DNA of 64,000 nt, taken from NCBI GenBank assembly GCA_905178155.1, contig CAJINV010000010.1, forward strand, positions 1,036,678 to 1,100,677, in the 5' to 3' direction. Shown one piece after another: positions 62,664-64,000 of this stretch. The DNA comes from Amoebophrya sp. A120 (lineage: Eukaryota; Protista; Dinoflagellata). The translations under genes were made by a program, and so were the position numbers. The first letter of the stretch is position 1; every line of letters begins with the position of its first letter. Under the pieces are notes generated by a model. That model was not told the origin of the DNA. It made no database searches and saw only the letters and a list, made by a program, of their open reading frames with translations.

Positions 62664-64000
62664 ATGCCGAGCATGTCTTTTTCGAACTTGTTTCGAACCG
62701 CCGCCTTGCTGGCGCTCGGGGTAACGGAAACTCGACACCAAGTCTCAGCGGGGAACGTCGTCATTCCAAAAGCTGTCGCTTCACGACCCGCAGGAGCAAC
62801 AAGAGATGATGAAGTAAACCCTCCAAAGGATAACTTCACTTCATTCCCACAGGAGTTCAAGTTCTTCAGCCAGCTCCCTGCCTACGTCACTAACCATCCC
62901 TCCGTCGTTGCTGAGCTGCTGAACAAAAAGCCAGCCCTCATTAGCCGCTGGACCACCATCAAAAACATCAGCAACGTCGTCCCACCTTCCCTGCACGAAG
63001 ACCCTGCAATTGTCAAAACCGCGATAAAAGCCGGCGTCTTCCGCGAAAAGGATTGGGAAAACCTGGTCCAGACCAACAGCGTTTTACTGAAAGACGTGGC
63101 TATCACCGACCTAGCGATCGAGAAGAAGTGGATCCAGCTTCATGAAAGATACCGCTTCTGGCAGTGTAGTTTCGAGCTTTTTGGCGAGAAAAGCAACTTC
63201 CGCGCCAACCCAAAAATTGTCGCCGAGGCGATCTCTGGCTTTGACAGTACTAGGGGTTACTATCGCTCCTTCAATGACATCGAAAATCTGCAAGTCCGCC
63301 ACAACCCGCGAGTGGTTTTCGCGGGGTTGCTGCGGGGATGGGAATATGTAGATGAAGGTTGGGACAAGAATAAACAGCGGTATGAGCCGCGACCTTTTTT
63401 CTACCCGAGACAAACCGGACGAAATTCTAGCGAAGACACGCAGAAGCAACGGTACTTCAACGCGGATAGTTTCCTTGCGCGGAAAATCGAGGAGGGCTGC
63501 ATCACGGATTGGGAGAGGGACATCCCGAAAATTGCGAGACAGCACGAAATGGTAGTCTTGGCTGGGATAAAAAGCAACCCCAGGCTGATCACAAGTTGGG
63601 ATACACAAGTCGTTTTGAAACACAATCTTGAGGTGGTGAAGGCGGCACTGGAAACTCCATTGATCACGGATTATGAGAAGCAAATCCCCGATGCGCTAAA
63701 GGACCAGCCGGAAGTGCTCGTAAAAGGGATCGACCGTGGTTTGATCCAGTATTTGAAGCGGTATCGCTTCAAGCGGATCCTTACCATTCCAGAGCAGCAC
63801 GGGCTACTGTATCATGACGATATCGGTACTCGCATGATAAATGATAGTCTCCCCGGTTTCACGATACCAGGAAACCGACGCGCACTGTTTCCGCGGTGGA
63901 GTGAAGAAGACCGGAACAACGTGATGCAAGCGGCCCTGCGAAAAAAATTGATTTATTTCGTAACAAGCAACGAGGACCTGCTCCGAAGTAGAAGTTGCGA
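62664..64000 (+). CDS. Secreted helical-repeat protein (DUF4116-like repeats), 3' end beyond the window
   Basis: Stop-free frame from ATG 62664 to the window end, so absent from the ORF track. Signal-like FRTAALLALGV; repeats LHEDPAIVKTAI, FRANPKIVAEAI, VRHNPRVVFAGL, LKHNLEVVKAAL, LKDQPEVLVKGI. Confidence 0.75.
   Translation, partial: MPSMSFSNLFRTAALLALGVTETRHQVSAGNVVIPKAVASRPAGATRDDEVNPPKDNFTSFPQEFKFFSQLPAYVTNHPSVVAELLNKKPALISRWTTIKNISNVVPPSLHEDPAIVKTAIKAGVFREKDWENLVQTNSVLLKDVAITDLAIEKKWIQLHERYRFWQCSFELFGEKSNFRANPKIVAEAISGFDSTRGYYRSFNDIENLQVRHNPRVVFAGLLRGWEYVDEGWDKNKQRYEPRPFFYPRQTGRNSSEDTQKQRYFNADSFLARKIEEGCITDWERDIPKIARQHEMVVLAGIKSNPRLITSWDTQVVLKHNLEVVKAALETPLITDYEKQIPDALKDQPEVLVKGIDRGLIQYLKRYRFKRILTIPEQHGLLYHDDIGTRMINDSLPGFTIPGNRRALFPRWSEEDRNNVMQAALRKKLIYFVTSNEDLLRSRSC

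Overview
Eukaryotic, alveolate-like DNA. The architecture strongly resembles the parasitic dinoflagellate Amoebophrya (inference). Every gene is on the + strand. Protein genes: kinesin-2 (5' part outside the window), ATG9, a degenerate eIF4A-like DEAD-box protein, a possible small secreted Cys-rich protein, a ~23-kb multi-exon membrane protein (PLA2-like plus two serine-less lipase-3-like domains), ethanolamine-phosphate cytidylyltransferase, and a secreted repeat protein running off the end. Coding exons are split by about 69 non-autonomous introner-type elements from about 9 families, with TAT...ATA terminal inverted repeats (TIRs) and 5-bp direct repeats (DRs). They must be removed as mostly non-GT-AG introns. 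The main discovery is a ~45-bp upstream element found 11 times, each about 32-37 nt before an RNA gene that ends in oligo-T. Three copies precede recognisable genes: U6, tRNA-Sec (via a ~15-nt leader) and an Alu-less SRP RNA. The other eight precede two unrecognised structured ncRNA families. Family 1 has six divergent paralogues (one truncated by the window edge) with covarying helices and a kink-turn. Family 2 has three tRNA-framed RNAs with 190-280-nt structured cargo in place of the anticodon loop. The family 2 cluster lies in an ATG9 intron and the other cluster probably in a kinesin intron. All coordinates and folds were read by eye.
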